Shown: positions 1-7,951 of the stretch, one piece after another
How the letters are laid out: each line of letters opens with the position of its first letter
Position numbering within the stretch: position 1 is the stretch's first letter
Source: Prevotellaceae bacterium
GTDB lineage: Bacteria; Bacteroidota; Bacteroidia; Bacteroidales; UBA932
Direction: 5' to 3'
Length of the DNA stretch: 33,227 nt
Assembly: GCA_031259805.1 (NCBI GenBank)
Contig: JAIRKX010000046.1
Location: 1-33,227 of the forward strand
Notes under the pieces: model-generated
The model's input: the letters and a program-made list of their open reading frames with translations, nothing else
The model's database searches: none
Told to the model about the DNA's origin: nothing
Position numbers and translations under genes: made by a program

Positions 1-1404
1 TGGACGGCAGCCACGATCACCGCTGCCACCGTTACCGCCGGCGACGGCGAGGTCATCCAGTCATCCCTCACCGGACGCGGCTTCTTCCTGAACGGGCACA
101 ACGCAGCGTTGCCGTTCAATGCCACCGTTACCGTTACCTTAGCCGCCCCCCTTAATACTCAATTCAACGCCTGCGTCTACGCCTCCGACTGGCCGCCTAA
201 CGCGACCTTGCAATCCGGCGGCGGCTATACGCTCAAAGGCACGCCCCCCTTTATTATTAACGGCGCTATCATCGAACCCTCGCATACGTTCGGCGCCGGC
301 GTGTGTATCACCTCTATCACCGATTCGACCGGCTGTCCGGGCTTTGTGGTCAACCCGCCCATCGTTACCGGCAGCATTCTAACCACCGGCGATACCGTCT
401 GCGTGGGTGGCGTACCCAAGCCGATTACCGGCATCATGCCCTTTAGCGGCGGCGACGGACAGCTTGCCTACTCGTGGTACAAAGACGGGATATTGATTCC
501 TGATGAGACGGGCGCGGACTATACCCCGCCGGATACGCTTATGCCCGGCGTGTATACCTACACCCGCAAGGTCAATGACCGGACGTGTAACATCACGCCG
601 CTGGCCTCGGACGGCAGCTGGGTATTGACCGTAGGCGACTACCCTACGATTTCTGCCACCGAACCCACCGACCAGTCGGTCTGCCCCGGCACGCCGGTAA
701 CGCTGTCGGTACCGGCGCAGGCGGGCGTAACCTATACATGGTACAATGTCGGCGGTTCTTCGCTGACTGCCGGCAATAACTATACTACCGGCACGTCAGG
801 CAGTTATTATGCGGTAGCTACGAACAGCAGCGGCTGCACAGCCACCTCGCGCACAGCCACCATTCATTCTTCGATAAATGATATAACGGCGCTGGTAGTA
901 GATGCTCCGCCTCACTGCACCAATCAATATGCATGTACTTTGACCTTTTCTGGCTGGACGGCTACGCCAGGATGGGAAGTAGAATACGGCCACGGAAGCA
1001 CAATCGGGAGTAATATCCTTGGTTCCACCATGGCAGAAAGTATTACCTGCATGAGTCCCAGTACGCTTAATTCTTATACGGATCCTCTCGATTATTTTTG
1101 GGCAAGAACAAAAAATAACACTTGCAATACCACCGGTACAGCGCGAACGGCTTCTTACATCTCTTGCATTTGCGCTCCGATTAGCTACAATTGCTGCCAG
1201 ACTTGCGGCGTAATTGCCCAATCGTCCTATTATTATGGGACGCTTGGCGGCGTTTGCGGTTGTACACAAACAAACGGCAGTATGAATAACATAACGGGTT
1301 GTATCGTTGAAACGATAACAGCAAACGGCACAAGTTGGCAACATTGCCACCATACCAACTATGGCCCGGCCTATTGGAATAAACAAGGGAATATCTGCTG
1401 GTAA
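1..1404 (+). CDS. Secreted/cell-surface repeat protein, 5' end cut by the window edge (paralog of 7952..10084)
   Basis: Frame 1 is open from nt 1, so the listed ORF 109..1404 is only its first internal Met. Residues encoded by 1..636 align almost residue for residue with aa 81-291 of the 710-aa protein on the other strand (FNACVYASDWPPNATLQSGGGY, CITSITDSTGCPGFVVNPPIVTGSILTTGDTVC, YTPPDTLMPGVYTYTRKVND). One Ig-like unit follows (CPGTPVTLSV...YTWY...YYAVATNSSGC), then a unique Cys-rich C-terminal ~175 aa that I cannot assign to a family. Confidence 0.75.
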   Translation, partial: WTAATITAATVTAGDGEVIQSSLTGRGFFLNGHNAALPFNATVTVTLAAPLNTQFNACVYASDWPPNATLQSGGGYTLKGTPPFIINGAIIEPSHTFGAGVCITSITDSTGCPGFVVNPPIVTGSILTTGDTVCVGGVPKPITGIMPFSGGDGQLAYSWYKDGILIPDETGADYTPPDTLMPGVYTYTRKVNDRTCNITPLASDGSWVLTVGDYPTISATEPTDQSVCPGTPVTLSVPAQAGVTYTWYNVGGSSLTAGNNYTTGTSGSYYAVATNSSGCTATSRTATIHSSINDITALVVDAPPHCTNQYACTLTFSGWTATPGWEVEYGHGSTIGSNILGSTMAESITCMSPSTLNSYTDPLDYFWARTKNNTCNTTGTARTASYISCICAPISYNCCQTCGVIAQSSYYYGTLGGVCGCTQTNGSMNNITGCIVETITANGTSWQHCHHTNYGPAYWNKQGNICW

Positions 1405-1470
1405 ATATTCGTTAACCTCTTGTCCGTATTTGGGGCATATTGGAATAAACAAGGGAATATCTGTCGCTAA
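1368..1470 (+). repeat. Duplicated 37-nt gene terminus (two copies, offset exactly 66 nt, each ending in TAA)
   Basis: 1368..1404 (ggcctattggaataaacaagggaatatctgctggtaa) and 1434..1470 (ggcatattggaataaacaagggaatatctgtcgctaa) match at 33/37 positions. They encode AYWNKQGNICW* and AYWNKQGNICR* in the same reading frame. Confidence 0.9.
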
Positions 1471-1580
1471 TACGCTTGTATTACAACCCTAAAATAACAA
1501 ACAATGCTACCCACAGCCCTCATACTCCTCCTGCGCTTCATCCTTCAAACGGCGGATGCAGACGGCGTATGGCCTGTACA

Positions 1581-2600
1581 TCATACATCATTCCTGATTC
1601 TCGCCGTAGGCGTTACATCCAGCGCTGTGCGTTTACCGGCGAGGAAAAGATAATAGCCGGTGATGGCGATCATGGCGGCATTGTCGGTCGTAAAGCGCAG
1701 TTCGGGCAGATAGACCTGCCACCGGCGCGTTTGACCTTCGTCGAGCAGGCGCTGACGCAGTCCCGAGTTGGCCGACACGCCGCCGGCGACGGCAATCTCA
1801 CGAATACCGGTTTGGGCGGCGGCTTTGACGAGATTACGCATCAATATTTCGATGATCGTATGCTGTAACGAAGCGCACAGGTCGTGTAGATGCTCTTCAA
1901 TAAACGCCGGATTGTCGGCCATCCGGTCGCGCAGGAAATAGAGGAACGACGTTTTCAGGCCGCTGAAACTGTAATCCAGCCCGCCGACCTGCGGACGCGC
2001 AAACCGGAATGCCTGCGGGTTACCCTTTGCCGCCAGCCGGTCAACGACCGGGCCACCCGGGTACGGCAGCCCCATCACCTTCGCGCATTTATCAAAAGCC
2101 TCGCCCGCTGCATCGTCAATCGTCTGTCCGATGACGTCGAAATGCAGGAAACTGTTCACCACAATCAGTTGCGAATGCCCGCCCGACACCAGCAAGCACA
2201 AAAAAGGAAACGACGGATGCGGCAACTGCTCTTCGGGCACGTCAATAAAATGTGACAGCACATGCCCCTGCAGATGGTTCACTGCTACCAGCGGCGCGCC
2301 GGTAGCCAGCGAAAACCCTTTGGCAAACGACATACCTACCAGCAACGAACCCATCAGCCCCGGCCCGCTTGTAAAAGCAATCGCATCCACCTCGTCGGGA
2401 AGCACGCCTGCCGACGTCAACGCATGATGCATAACAGGAATGATATGCTGCTGATGCGCCCGCGAAGCCAACTCGGGAATGACGCCGCCATACTGCCGAT
2501 GTACCTCTTGACCGGCCAGCACATTCGACAGCAGCACGCCGTCGCGAATAACCGCTGCTGACGTATCGTCGCACGAACTTTCGATGCCTAAAATAACCAT
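1581..2600 (-). CDS. tsaD: tRNA N6-adenosine threonylcarbamoyltransferase TsaD (Kae1/Gcp family)
   Basis: The protein MVILGIESSCDDTSAAV...GGVIPELASRAH...GPGLMGSLLVG...LLVSGGHSQL...AVAGGVSANSGLR is the canonical TsaD pattern, at 339 aa. The start was chosen at the internal ATG (complement of 2598..2600). The 559-aa ORF in the track is an upstream run-on that overlaps ridA/ftcD. Confidence 0.93.
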   Translation of the reverse strand: MVILGIESSCDDTSAAVIRDGVLLSNVLAGQEVHRQYGGVIPELASRAHQQHIIPVMHHALTSAGVLPDEVDAIAFTSGPGLMGSLLVGMSFAKGFSLATGAPLVAVNHLQGHVLSHFIDVPEEQLPHPSFPFLCLLVSGGHSQLIVVNSFLHFDVIGQTIDDAAGEAFDKCAKVMGLPYPGGPVVDRLAAKGNPQAFRFARPQVGGLDYSFSGLKTSFLYFLRDRMADNPAFIEEHLHDLCASLQHTIIEILMRNLVKAAAQTGIREIAVAGGVSANSGLRQRLLDEGQTRRWQVYLPELRFTTDNAAMIAITGYYLFLAGKRTALDVTPTARIRNDV

Positions 2601-2635
2601 TTGCCTATTTGTAAAAAATACACGAACTTTGTGTG

Positions 2636-2643
2636 CAAATATA
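2636..2643 (-). promoter_or_regulatory. Bacteroidota -7 promoter box (TATATTTG) for tsaD
   Basis: Plus strand CAAATATA is the reverse complement of TATATTTG and matches TAnnTTTG. It lies 36 nt upstream of the tsaD ATG. Confidence 0.45.
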
Positions 2644-2660
2644 CAAAAAACGAACAAACA

Positions 2661-3038
2661 ATGAAACGAAACATCTCCTCTCCCCATGCGCCGAAGGCTG
2701 TCGGGCCATACAGTCAAGCCGTAGAAATCAATGGAACGCTGTATATCTCCGGCCAGTTGCCGATTGACCCGACGACCGGCGTCTTTGTCGAAGGCGGCGC
2801 TGCCGAACAAACGGCACAATGCCTTAAAAACATCGGCGCCATCCTGCACGAAGCCGGCTATGACTACCCGGATGTCGTAAAATCGACCGTACTGATGGCC
2901 GACATGAACGACTTTGCCGTGATGAACGATATCTATGCCCGCTTCTACGACGCGCCGTTTCCGGCACGTGTAGCCTGTCAGGTTGCCCGACTGCCGATGG
3001 GCGCATTGATCGAAATAGAAACCATCGCTGCCAAATAA
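2661..3038 (+). CDS. ridA: RidA/YjgF-family reactive-intermediate (enamine/imine) deaminase
   Basis: MKRNISSPHAPKAVGPYSQAVEINGTLYISGQLPIDPTTG...ARVACQVARLPMGALIEIETIA is a typical 125-aa RidA. The start was taken at ATG 2661, not the upstream 2601 start. Confidence 0.9.
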   Translation: MKRNISSPHAPKAVGPYSQAVEINGTLYISGQLPIDPTTGVFVEGGAAEQTAQCLKNIGAILHEAGYDYPDVVKSTVLMADMNDFAVMNDIYARFYDAPFPARVACQVARLPMGALIEIETIAAK

Positions 3039-3039
3039 A

Positions 3040-4725
3040 ATGAAACTAATCGAATGCGTCCCCAATTTCAGCGAGGGACGAAACATGACGGTCATCAAGC
3101 AAATCACCGACGTGATCGAAGAAGTCGACGGCGTACGCCTGCTGGATGTCGATCCGGGCAAGGCGACCAATCGCACGGTCGTAACCTTCGTCGGCGAGCC
3201 GGAGGCGGTGTGCGAAGCGGCGTTCCTATCTGTTAAGAAAGCATCGGAAGTCATCGACATGAGCCGGCATCACGGCGAACACCCGCGCTTCGGCGCGACC
3301 GATGTGCTACCGCTCATTCCCATTGCGGGCATTACGATGGACGAAACCGTCGCTTATGCGCGGCAACTTGGCCGGCGTATAGGCGAAACGCTGCAAATAC
3401 CGGTCTATGCTTACGAACATGCGGCATTCGACGAACGTCGTCGCAATCTTGCCTACTGTCGTGCCGGTGAATACGAAGGTTTGAAAGACAAACTGGCAAC
3501 GCCGGAAGGCAAGCCTGACTTCGGCCCGGCCGTGTTCCTTCCCAGAACCGGCGCTATGGCTGTAGGGGCGCGACATTTCCTGATTGCCTACAACGTCAAT
3601 CTGAATACCACTTCGACGCGCCGCGCCAATGCCGTAGCCTTCGACATACGCGAAAAAGGCCGCCCCATACGCGAAGGCAATCCGTATACAGGCAAGAAAA
3701 AAATCGATGCTGCCGGCCGCGAAATATGGCAGCCGGGGCTGTTGAAGGCCGTGAAAGGGATCGGATGGTATATCGAGGAATACGGCATCGCGCAGGTCTC
3801 GATGAACCTGACCGACCTCGCCGCAACGCCTCTGCATGTCGCCTTCGAAACGGTATGCGAGCGGGCGCAGGCGCGCGGATTGCGCGTAACGGGGTCGGAA
3901 CTCGTCGGATTAGTCCCCCTGCAGGCCATGCTCGATGCCGGTCGTTATTTCCTGACCAAACAACAGCGTTCCACAGGCATACCGGATGAGGAAATCATCA
4001 AAATCGCCGTGCGCACGATGGGATTAAACGAACTGTCGCCCTTCGACCCGAAAAAGAAAATCATCGAATACGTGATGGCCGGCGACCCGTTGCCCAAACT
4101 CACCGATAAAACATTGACCGGCTTTGTCAACGAAACAGCCAGCGAAAGTCCGGCCCCCGGCGGCGGGTCAGTCGCCGCTTACATGGGAGCGTTGGGCGCG
4201 GCGTTGGGCGGCATGGTGGCCAACCTGTCGGCACACAAGCCCGGCTGGGACGAGCGTTGGAAGACCTTCTCCGACGTCGCCGAAAAAGCCAAAGATTGCA
4301 TGAACCGCCTGCTATTCTTTGTCGACGAAGACACGCGCGCCTTCCGGCGAATAATGGACGCTTTCGCCCTGCCCAAAAACACCGATGCGGAAAAAGCCGC
4401 ACGGAAGCAAGCCATACAAATCGCCACGCGCTATGCGACCGAAGTCCCGTTCCATGTAATGTCGTTATGCTGCGACTGCCTGCAGGTGATTAAAACGATG
4501 GCCGAAACCGGCAATCCCAACTCGGCCAGCGATGCGGGTGTAGGAGCATTGGCGGCGCGCGCCGGCGCACGGGGCGCATGGCTCAATGTGAAAATTAACG
4601 CCGTCGCGTTAGACGATCGAACATTCGTCGAAAAGCTCATGCGCGAAGGCGAAACGATCATCGCACAAACAGCACAATTAGAGCAGGAGATACTGGCCAT
4701 CGTCGAACGAACCATTAACCATTAA
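3040..4725 (+). CDS. ftcD: Bifunctional glutamate formimidoyltransferase / formimidoyltetrahydrofolate cyclodeaminase
   Basis: The N-terminus MKLIECVPNFSEGRN...VDPGKATNRTVVTFVG is the formiminotransferase signature. The C-terminal ~200 aa (SESPAPGGGSVAAYMGALGAALGGMVANLS...) is the cyclodeaminase domain. The ATG lies 1 nt after the ridA stop. Confidence 0.88.
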   Translation: MKLIECVPNFSEGRNMTVIKQITDVIEEVDGVRLLDVDPGKATNRTVVTFVGEPEAVCEAAFLSVKKASEVIDMSRHHGEHPRFGATDVLPLIPIAGITMDETVAYARQLGRRIGETLQIPVYAYEHAAFDERRRNLAYCRAGEYEGLKDKLATPEGKPDFGPAVFLPRTGAMAVGARHFLIAYNVNLNTTSTRRANAVAFDIREKGRPIREGNPYTGKKKIDAAGREIWQPGLLKAVKGIGWYIEEYGIAQVSMNLTDLAATPLHVAFETVCERAQARGLRVTGSELVGLVPLQAMLDAGRYFLTKQQRSTGIPDEEIIKIAVRTMGLNELSPFDPKKKIIEYVMAGDPLPKLTDKTLTGFVNETASESPAPGGGSVAAYMGALGAALGGMVANLSAHKPGWDERWKTFSDVAEKAKDCMNRLLFFVDEDTRAFRRIMDAFALPKNTDAEKAARKQAIQIATRYATEVPFHVMSLCCDCLQVIKTMAETGNPNSASDAGVGALAARAGARGAWLNVKINAVALDDRTFVEKLMREGETIIAQTAQLEQEILAIVERTINH

Positions 4726-4730
4726 ACATC

Positions 4731-5771
4731 ATGGCAAAAAAACTGCGAGACGTCATTGACGATTACCGGCGAATCATTGCCGATTTACAGAAGAAGATCT
4801 ATAAACCCGTGTATTTGCTGGTGGGCGAAGAGCCGTACTATATCGACCGGCTCAGTCAATACATCGCCGAGCATGTGTTGAGCGAAACCGAACGCAGTTT
4901 TAACCAGCAAATCTTATACGGTAGAGATATTACCACGTCGCAGTTGATTGACATGGCGCGGCGGTTTCCGATGATGTCCAGCCAGCAAGTGGTGATTGTC
5001 CGCGAAGCGCAGGACTTGAAAAAGATCGAACTGCTCGAGGCGTACGTCCGGAGGCCGCTCGCATCAACCATCCTCGTGCTATGCTACAAAGGTAAGATCG
5101 ATCGGCGCACGTCGTTCTATAAGCTGATGCTCACCGGCGGCGAAGTATTCGAATCGGCCAAACCCTACGACGACGAAGTACAAAATTGGATAACCGCTTA
5201 CCTCAAGGAAAAGGGATGTACTATCAACCCAAAGGCTAACGCAATGCTGGTAGAATTCGTCGGCGTCGACCTTACTAAAATCACACGGGAAATAGATAAA
5301 CTGTTTACCCTGCTTCCCGAAGGCAGCAAGCAGATTACCGCCGAGCACATCGAACAGAACATCGGTATCAGCAAAGATTACAATACCTTTGAATTGAATG
5401 CGGCAGTCGCTGCCTGCGACACGCTGAAAGCAAACCGCATCCTCAACCACTTCGCACAAAACCCCAACGGCTATCCGATACACGTTACCATCGCCGCCCT
5501 GTTTATGGAGTTCTCGCGCATCCTGAAACTGCATTTCCTGCAACGCAGACGCACCGGCGTCATCTCCGACCGCGAAGCGGCGGCGGAGTTAGGCATCAAC
5601 CCCTTCTTCTTCGGGAGCTACAAAACGGCAGTGAAAAGATACTCTCTCACAAAAACACTCGAAGTGATTTCCCTGCTACGTGAATACGACATGCGCAGCA
5701 AAGGCTTCCACAACGGCGCCGCTACCCACGGCGACCTGCTGCGCGAGTTAGTATACAGGATTATGCACTGA
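4731..5771 (+). CDS. holA: DNA polymerase III delta subunit
   Basis: 346 aa. YKPVYLLVGEEPYYIDRLSQYI...VVIVREAQDL...IDKL matches the HolA N-terminal pattern and length. Confidence 0.8.
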   Translation: MAKKLRDVIDDYRRIIADLQKKIYKPVYLLVGEEPYYIDRLSQYIAEHVLSETERSFNQQILYGRDITTSQLIDMARRFPMMSSQQVVIVREAQDLKKIELLEAYVRRPLASTILVLCYKGKIDRRTSFYKLMLTGGEVFESAKPYDDEVQNWITAYLKEKGCTINPKANAMLVEFVGVDLTKITREIDKLFTLLPEGSKQITAEHIEQNIGISKDYNTFELNAAVAACDTLKANRILNHFAQNPNGYPIHVTIAALFMEFSRILKLHFLQRRRTGVISDREAAAELGINPFFFGSYKTAVKRYSLTKTLEVISLLREYDMRSKGFHNGAATHGDLLRELVYRIMH

Positions 5772-5813
5772 GGAGTGCAATGGTAAATGCCACCCGCTTG
5801 TCGTCATTAACCA

Positions 5814-6548
5814 CTATTCGATGTGCAGTGCAAAAATAAAGATCTGAGAGTTGAGCCGGTCGATGGCGTTGTGGTAGCCTTCATAGCCATCGACGACACT
5901 ACTGCCCAAACTATTCAGGAAACCGCCGGAGTATTTAAATTCGAGCGATAGTTTGAAATAATAAAAATACACATCTAATCCGAAGCCGGCTTCGTAGAAA
6001 GGTTCAAAGATGGCGGACGAGATGTATGTGCCTTTTTGTTCACGTGTTTTCCAGTTCATATTAAAGCGGGAATTGACGCCGGCGATCATATAGGGACGGT
6101 AATTGCTGACCCGTTTGGCCGAATATTTTAGCAACACCGGCACTTCGGCATAATTCGACTCAATGTGCATGGAATGCAGCAGCGAGCCGTCGGTACGATA
6201 AAAATTCAGGCTTCGCACGCCGAAACAGATACCGGGCATCGCCCGCAGATTCAAATAGTGCGACAAGCGGTAATTGACAATGCCGTTGATGGTAAATCCG
6301 GGAGTTATATCGACCACATCGGCGCGCAACGCCCCGGGCGCCTCGTCGGGAAGCTGTACAGACAGGTTGGAATTGATCGCCGTGTAGTCGAAAACATTCA
6401 ACCCCATCGAAAACCCAAACCGCCACCGCCGGACGTAATCGTAATGCAACAAATATAACGGCGCGGAATGTTGTATCTGCGCGACGGCCGGCCACGCGAA
6501 ATCACCGGCAAATAACAGTAGTAATAGAATCTTTTTTTTCATTGTCAA
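5814..6548 (-). CDS. Outer-membrane beta-barrel protein, PorT / OMP_b-brl_2-like
   Basis: There is a signal peptide (MTMKKKILLLLLFAGDFAWPAVAQ), alternating beta-strand patterns, and a C-terminal aromatic-rich strand (IFIFALHIE). The size and composition resemble PorT/SprT-type small barrels. The family assignment rests on my recollection of the pattern, not a search. The start could be ATG 6548 or 6542. Confidence 0.6.
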   Translation of the reverse strand: MTMKKKILLLLLFAGDFAWPAVAQIQHSAPLYLLHYDYVRRWRFGFSMGLNVFDYTAINSNLSVQLPDEAPGALRADVVDITPGFTINGIVNYRLSHYLNLRAMPGICFGVRSLNFYRTDGSLLHSMHIESNYAEVPVLLKYSAKRVSNYRPYMIAGVNSRFNMNWKTREQKGTYISSAIFEPFYEAGFGLDVYFYYFKLSLEFKYSGGFLNSLGSSVVDGYEGYHNAIDRLNSQIFIFALHIE

Positions 6549-6603
6549 AAAATAGCTTGTTGGAAACGGCGTGTATTAGATGCTTCAATGACCATTTCGT
6601 TTA

Positions 6604-6611
6604 CAAAAATA
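6604..6611 (-). promoter_or_regulatory. -7 promoter box (TATTTTTG) for the PorT-like gene
   Basis: Plus strand CAAAAATA is the reverse complement of TATTTTTG, ~56 nt upstream of the ATG at 6548. Confidence 0.4.
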
Positions 6612-6642
6612 CATTTTTATCTGTGGGTATCAAAAAAAGTAG

Positions 6643-6650
6643 TACCTTTG
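6643..6650 (+). promoter_or_regulatory. -7 promoter box (TACCTTTG) for the thioredoxin-fold gene
   Basis: It is an exact TAnnTTTG match 22 nt upstream of ATG 6672. It lies inside the longer 6588 ORF, which argues for the 6672 start. Confidence 0.45.
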
Positions 6651-6671
6651 TGCATCCAAACAATAATTGTT

Positions 6672-7232
6672 ATGAACAAAGTGTTATACCTTCTTTTTGT
6701 ACTGCCGGCCATGACCGTACTGACCGGCTTTGCGCAAACGACGCCCGCGCCCGCGACGCCCGTTACGGCGCCCGTAAAATGGTATTCGATTGACGAAGTT
6801 CTGGAACTGACATCCAAGAATCCCAAGAAAATATTTATCGACGTATACACCGACTGGTGCGGGTGGTGTAAGGTAATGGACCGAAATACCTTTACCGACC
6901 CAAGAGTAGCGGCCTACCTTACCGCTCATTTCTATCCGGTAAAGTTTAACGCCGAACAGAAAACGCCGGTTACTTTTGGCGACAAAACATTTAATTTTGT
7001 GTCGGAATATCGCGCGAATGAATTAGCCGTCGCCCTGCTGCAAGGCCGGATGAGCTACCCGACGACCGTCTACATGAACGCCAGCGGCCAACTCCTCTCC
7101 GTCGTGCCGGGGTACCAGCAAGCCGACGGTATTTTGCAAATCCTCGTTTTCTTCGCCGAAGACTATTACACGAAACTCTCGTGGGAAGACTTTTCTAAAG
7201 ACATCTGGCCGGCGCGACAGAAACAGTTGTGA
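6672..7232 (+). CDS. Secreted thioredoxin-fold protein (CxxC)
   Basis: There is a signal peptide MNKVLYLLFVLPAMTVLTGFAQ, then KKIFIDVYTDWCGWCKVMD with a WCGWC redox motif. Total 186 aa. Confidence 0.8.
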   Translation: MNKVLYLLFVLPAMTVLTGFAQTTPAPATPVTAPVKWYSIDEVLELTSKNPKKIFIDVYTDWCGWCKVMDRNTFTDPRVAAYLTAHFYPVKFNAEQKTPVTFGDKTFNFVSEYRANELAVALLQGRMSYPTTVYMNASGQLLSVVPGYQQADGILQILVFFAEDYYTKLSWEDFSKDIWPARQKQL

Positions 7233-7254
7233 GGCGCACGCAATACGCCCCAAC

Positions 7255-7295
7255 AAAAAACGATGCGCGGCCGGTAGCAACACCGGCCGCGCATC
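7255..7295 (-). terminator. Intrinsic terminator (14-bp GC stem; the T-run is on the minus strand)
   Basis: GATGCGCGGCCGGT (7262..7275) pairs with ACCGGCCGCGCATC (7282..7295) around a 6-nt loop. On the minus strand a T6 run follows (complement of A6 at 7255..7260). A second near-palindrome, AGGGGCGAAAAATTTTTCACCCCT, lies at 7299..7322. Confidence 0.6.
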
Positions 7296-7332
7296 CGTAG
7301 GGGCGAAAAATTTTTCACCCCTATATCATCCT

Positions 7333-7437
7333 TTATCCCTCATTTTTCGATACGTCGAGCGCGGCCTGTAGCCGTTCGATTTCCGCCGGGAAAAGAGCTA
7401 CTGCGAGGCCTGCAATGGCGCCGACCATGAAAATCAT
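7333..7437 (-). CDS. Candidate small membrane protein (34 aa), below the ORF-track cutoff
   Basis: The ATG is the complement of 7435..7437 and the TAA is the complement of 7333..7335. The product is MIFMVGAIAGLAVALFPAEIERLQAALDVSKNEG, with a hydrophobic N-terminal half. This is a GC-rich island between an AT-rich array and the two hairpins/terminator at 7255..7322. No homology is recognised. Confidence 0.35.
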   Translation of the reverse strand: MIFMVGAIAGLAVALFPAEIERLQAALDVSKNEG

Positions 7438-7440
7438 GAT

Positions 7441-7830
7441 TTGTACATTTTTTTTCTTTTTGTTAATTTTTATATAGTTAATACTCTAAATTTAGTTTTT
7501 CTTCCTTATTTTCCCGAAAAATCCTCTTGTGAAAAAGGTTTTATCTCTCGTGTGTTTTTTTCTCCTTCTCGTGTGTTTTTTTCTCACTCTCCTGAAATTT
7601 TTTTCGTATCTCTCCTGAAATTTTTTCCATCACTCCTGACTTTTTTTCTATTTCTTCCGTGATTTTTTTTTATCTCTCCTGAAACGGGTTTTATCACTTG
7701 TGAGATGAAAAAAATCTCCTACGTGTTTTTTTTCATTTTTCCGATTTTTTTTTTCGTCTCCCAAGAGACAGGTTTCATCTCAGGAGAAACAGGTTTTATT
7801 TCTCCTGAAATTTTTTCTCCATTTTCCATG
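7441..7830. repeat. Degenerate ~21-23-bp periodic T-tract / TCTCCTGAAA array (non-coding)
   Basis: T6-T9 runs start at 7555, 7576, 7598, 7621, 7641 and 7663, spaced 20-23 nt. More T8/T10 runs lie at 7726 and 7745, and a T6 at 7811. The motifs TCTCCTGAAA and GGTTTTATC recur. A 10-bp inverted repeat pairs TCAGGAGAAA (7780..7789) with TTTCTCCTGA (7799..7808). Confidence 0.85.
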
Positions 7831-7951
7831 AGATTTTGGCTGTCCCTCGCAAGATTTCCGACGACGGCGGGGATTATCTGGTGCATGGGTGTGTGTTTAT
7901 TTTTCATTGTGCGTTGATAAAAGGTTTTCCTCGAATCCATTCGAATCCATT

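Noticed and set aside
2601-3260. N-terminal 220 aa of the 559-aa minus-strand ORF 1581..3260
   Set aside because: The TsaD homology begins only at MVILGIESS (ATG at 2600). The upstream part is low-complexity, overlaps the well-supported ridA and ftcD genes on the other strand, and contains the tsaD promoter box.
7441-7940. Small ORFs 7441..7662 +, 7705..7917 + and 7719..7940 -
   Set aside because: The translations are F/S/L- or K/E-rich strings produced by the T-tract repeats. There is no start context and no coding periodicity beyond the repeat itself.
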